Shown one piece after another: positions 60,401 through 64,000 of a DNA stretch of 64,000 nucleotides. This stretch comes from Cyanophora paradoxa CCMP329. Taxonomy: Eukaryota > Plantae > Glaucophyta. Position 1 is the stretch's first letter. Every line of letters starts with the position of its first letter. Made by a program: the position numbers and the translations under genes. Below the pieces are notes generated by a model. That model did no database searches. It was not told the DNA's origin and worked only from the letters and a program-made list of their open reading frames with translations. Location of the stretch: contig QPMI01000420.1 in assembly GCA_004431415.1 (NCBI GenBank), forward strand, positions 124,001 through 188,000. Reading direction: 5' to 3'.

Positions 60401-61933
60401 GTAATGTAAAGTGGGAGGCATGCGAGGGGGCAGGAGTATGAGGCGAGAAAGAGAAGGAGAGAAAGAAGAGAGGTGACTGGTATTGGGACGGCGAGAAGAG
60501 GAGTGAATAGGGAGGGTGGGGGCTGGTTGGGAGGGAGGAGGGGGGGGGGGGCAAGGAGAGGGGGACTCGGGAGGAGGAGGACAGCGTTGGGGTGCGGGAA
60601 GGGGAGAGAGAGGAGTGGGAGGGGCGGCAGGGGACGGGGGGTAGCAGGAGGAGGAGAGGGTGGGTGGTTGGGGGTGTTGAGGGGGGGGGGCGCTGGGCAA
60701 AGGACGGAGGGCGGGGGAGGGGGGGGGGGGGGCAGCGAGAGGTGGAGGGGCTTGGGGTGGAGGGGGGGAGGGGGGGGAGGGGCCGGGCTGCTGGCCATGG
60801 AGCGTGGGATGGGGGGGGGGGGGGGGGCGGGGGGAGGGAGGAGGAGGCGGGATGACATGGTTAGGCCCCTGGCTGCCCAGGGTCTCGGCTCGGGTGGGAG
60901 GGAGCGGGAGGGAGCGGGAGAAGGGACGACTCGGGGTACGGGACTTCGGAGGATCCGGAGGCAAGTGAAGTGGGGCGGGGGGGAGCGCGGAGGGGGGGGG
61001 GAAGTTGCAGGGGTTTACATACCGAGACGGGGATGATGCGGACGGCCAGGAGGGCGAAGAGGCTGACGAACACGAAGTACAGAACCATACCCCTGCGCAA
61101 TGCACGCCGCGCCGTGAGCAATTGCACGGCACACACCGCACAGCCACTGCCACTGCCTGTCGCGCGTCGCGCACCGGTAGAGCTCGTACTTGTAGAGGCG
61201 CTTGCGCCACACGCGCAGGTAGATCTCCGTCGCGCGCACGTTGAGCTTGATGTCCGCGAACAGCCTGCAAAGCAAAGCACAGCGGGCGCGCGTAAGCAGC
61301 AGCGACGGTCGGGGAAGGATAGACGGACTTGCGGATGGCTCGGTTTGCGTCGCCCGCCCGCTTCTTGTGAGCCTCTTGATCCGGATCGCCGGCGGTCGCC
61401 GGCGCGGCGCTGTCGTCGTACGCGCGCTGCAGCTGCAGCTTCCGCCCGCCGAGCATGGGCTGCCGCGGGTCGTAGGCGAGCCCTTCGCCCGGCTCGGGGC
61501 TGCTGGGGCCGGCCACCGGCGCGAATCGGTTCCCGGGGCTCAGCCCGCGCGACCGCACCGCAGCTGCGTTCCCGTCCGCAGCCAGGAGCCCGCTGTAGGC
61601 GTCGTACATGCTGCCGATGTGCCCACCAGCACCTCCGGGCAGAGGCGGAGCGTCGAAAGGCGGCCCGCGAACGTACGGCTGCAGGCCACTGGCAGCCGGG
61701 CCGCCGATGCCGCCATAGGGATACGATGCGACGGTCGATGCTGGCGACGCATATGCTGGCTGGTCGGAGCGACGGGTGGGCGCGGCGGCCCGCACGAGAC
61801 CAGCCCCCGAAGCGCGGCCGCCGGTCAAAGTTGCCGCGGAAGCGATCGAGGAGCTGCTGGCGGTGGTCCCGTCGGAGGACTCCGCCTCCGTCGGCGGGGG
61901 CCCGTAGCCGTAGAGCGGGACGTGCCCCGCCAT
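52089..61933 (-). CDS. Polycystin-2 (PKD2/TRPP)-type cation channel with two C-terminal ryanodine-receptor (RyR) repeats
   Basis: S1 GMVLYFVFVSLFALLAV. TOP-domain motifs DLYGWLADVLLP, VGAVRIRQIRSTPFDC, CYNDFNPGVEDRSAF, YGFGGYV, WLDAGTRAVVIE and FMVEFP. Then KWNLLD; IRSYKYLEFTPRLAILTNTI; GYAAMAFVIFG; EFRTFKSSIANLF; S6 IFYFSFIVIMGLVL|NIFIAIV. RyR repeats WIPRPYDTSDI...LGIAYHDQWVRLRLKDGWKYG and LASNAHESWASKKK.QGFLYG...NRL|VPF...LLVACGWEI. Confidence 0.88.
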
Positions 61934-62840
61934 GAGCTCGCGTTCCGACGAGTCGACTCGCGAAGACGCGCGCGCGCGAGTCGGCGGCGGACGCTGCGAA
62001 GTCGCCGATGGGCGACAGTCGCTGCGGCTTCCGTCTACTCGGCTACTAACAGCCTAGTAAGGCTAGTAACAGGCTAACAGCCAGCACCTGATCATGACTC
62101 ATGAGCCGGCCGGCCTGCAGCTGTTCCGAAGTTCCCTCAGGGGCCAGGGCCCAGCCGCCCAGGGCCTGCCGCAGTGCCAATCGCTGGAGCGTAACCTGGT
62201 ATGATCTAACACTCAATCTAGCGGTTTTTTTTGGCGGCCAAAATTTCATTGTTTCGAGTTGCATGAATCAAATTGTCATCTTGGACCGAATCTGATCAAC
62301 TGATTATGAATCGGCTAATGATCTGATCATGAACTTGCCAGCTTCTGAACGCTGATCATGACCTGAATTTCATACAACGCTGACCTGCCCGGTGCTAGGC
62401 GGCCTTCTAGGCCGGTGGCCGGGCCAGGATCATGGCAGGATGTGACTTGTCAAAGTTGTCACCGTGCTCGATACGACGATATCTGCAGCTGCAGCTGATC
62501 AGGATATGACTTCAAGATGTGACTGAGCATGTCAAAATCTGATCGATGATCTCCCCTGCGGCCGGTCCCGCCTCTAGTTGTCGCAAGAGACCACCAAGGG
62601 TCGCAGGGCTTGGAGTTCTGATCTAAATGAGTTGCTGTCACATGTGCACTTCAAACAAAAATGCATACAGCAGGCACTTCCATGCCTCGCCTCGCCTACT
62701 GCATTCAACATATGCATTCAACGCAACCCTGACAGTAGTCTAGTGAAGCGAAATTCAAGCGCGACGCGGCGGGCGAATGATCGGAGATCTAGAGATGCAC
62801 GAAGCTTCTAGCTAAAATAAATGTAAAATATCGGTTCCAG

Positions 62841-64000
62841 TTAAGGCTGCTCCTCGTCATCGAAGTTGAAGAAGAATCGGTGGATGTGCGGGCTCTTGTA
62901 CACGACGTCCTGCGCGGCAGAGGCGGGGCGCGCGCCGCGCGGCGCCGTCAGCGACGGGAACCAAGAAAAGGAGCACAGGCTCGCTCGCTTCTATCTAGCT
63001 ATCTATCGGGCCTATAGATTATCGCGCTTCTTAGGACTGTACAACTAGAAGGGTGCCGACGACGTCGACGTCGACGGCGAGCGCGGAAGCTCAAGAGCCT
63101 CCTCCTTCTTCCCTCTCCGCGCCCCGCCCCGCCCGGCCCGCCCGCCCGCCCGCCCGCCCGCCCGCCCGAACCTTGGGGAACATGCGGAGGAGCTGGTCGA
63201 CGCGGGAGGACTCGTCGCGGAGGCGGCGGAGCATGGGGAGGAAGAGGAAGACGAAGAGGAGGGAGAGGAAGGCAACGTCGAAGGCGAGGATGCCGGCCTC
63301 GGCCAGCGTGATCGCCCCCAGCTGGATCTCCGACTCGTCCACGAAGAGCCGCGCCGAGCGCGACAGGCCGTCGTCTGAGGAGAGGGGTCGGGAGGGCGGG
63401 GCGGGGGCGCGCGGGGGCGGGGGCGGGGGCGGGGCGGGGCGCACCGAGGTCGCCGTTGTCGACCTGGGTCATCATGCGGACCGCGAGCGAGGCCTGCCAG
63501 ACGGGCGCGGTCGGTCGGACGGTCGGGCGGGCGGGCGCGCGGGCGGGCGGGCGGCGGGCGGCGGGGGGAGAGCGCGCACCTCGACGCCGGCGTAGTCGGC
63601 GACCTTCGGCTTCGGGGCGGGGACGCTCGTGTGCGGCTGGAAGGCGTAGGGCACGAGCAGGTCCGGCGCGCACTCCTGCGGGCGGCAGACGGGAGGCGAG
63701 GTCAGGAACAGACAGAGCCGGGCGGGCCCTGCCCGGCTTCGCTTCGGGAGCCGTGGCCGCGCACCTGGATGATGGGGATGACGAGGTCGACGAACTGGGC
63801 GACGAGGAGGTCCAGCCCGTTGTTCACCAGCCTGCGCCCCGCCCCGCCCCGCTCGCTCGGCGCGGGGACGGGGGCGCGGGGGCGGAGGGCAGCGAGCGCA
63901 CTCGAGGTCGGCGACGCGGTCCGGCGTGCAGAGCGCCGCGTCCGTCCGGAGGCAGCCTGCGTGCGGCCAAACCCGTCAGAGCGCCGCTGGCGTAGGGGCG
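62841..64000 (-). CDS. 3' end of a membrane protein resembling the TmcB/TmcC (tiny macrocysts) family C-terminus; partial
   Basis: LVNNGLDLLVAQFVD...TM helix AGILAFDVAFLSLLFVFLFLPM, then LRRLRDESSRVDQLLRMFPK|DVVYKSPHIHRFFFNFDDEEQP* (stop 62841-62843). The family assignment is from recalled motif similarity only. Confidence 0.55.

Noticed and set aside
58520-61010. G-run/purine tracts at ~58520-58995 and ~60100-61010 (also C-rich 25240-25480) as G-quadruplex arrays or Pro-rich ORFs
   Set aside because: They are aperiodic homopolymer-rich stretches that interrupt otherwise clean exon series and look like low-quality consensus. Raw reads are needed before any biological claim.
62558-62578. Helitron-like 3' end (GCGG..CCGC hairpin then CTAG)
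   Set aside because: The stem is only 4 bp, the spacing is atypical, and no matching 5' end or Rep/helicase was found.

Overview
Eukaryotic nuclear DNA, mostly very GC-rich, with no prokaryotic features. Genes are broken by many short (~55-130 nt) spliceosomal introns with GTGCGC or GCGCGC donors, CTGAC branch points and GCAG acceptors, so the supplied ORF track is mostly exon fragments and shadow ORFs. Intron style, AP2 domains and an M-x-x-F N-terminal leader suggest an alga such as a glaucophyte (Cyanophora-like); this is inference only. I spliced about 10 genes by eye: a multi-AP2 transcription factor (-, runs off the left edge), a hypothetical protein (+), two head-to-head probably organelle-targeted helical proteins (-/+), a SIM+RING E3 ligase (-), an ~18 kb RNF213/mysterin-like gene (+; CBM20, AAA+ core, variant RZ finger, no RING seen), an AT-hook/C2H2 gene in a low-GC island (-), an F-box/LRR gene (+), a polycystin-2-type channel fused to two RyR repeats (-), and the 3' end of a TmcB-like membrane protein (-). 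A 2.9 kb internally deleted L1/Tx1-like retroelement with an exact target-site duplication lies at 7960-10868. A 139-nt pre-miRNA-like hairpin and a palindrome-bearing direct repeat are intergenic. No rRNA, tRNA or CRISPR was found. The top leads are the RING-less RNF213-like protein and the PKD2-RyR channel. Gene boundaries are manual estimates.
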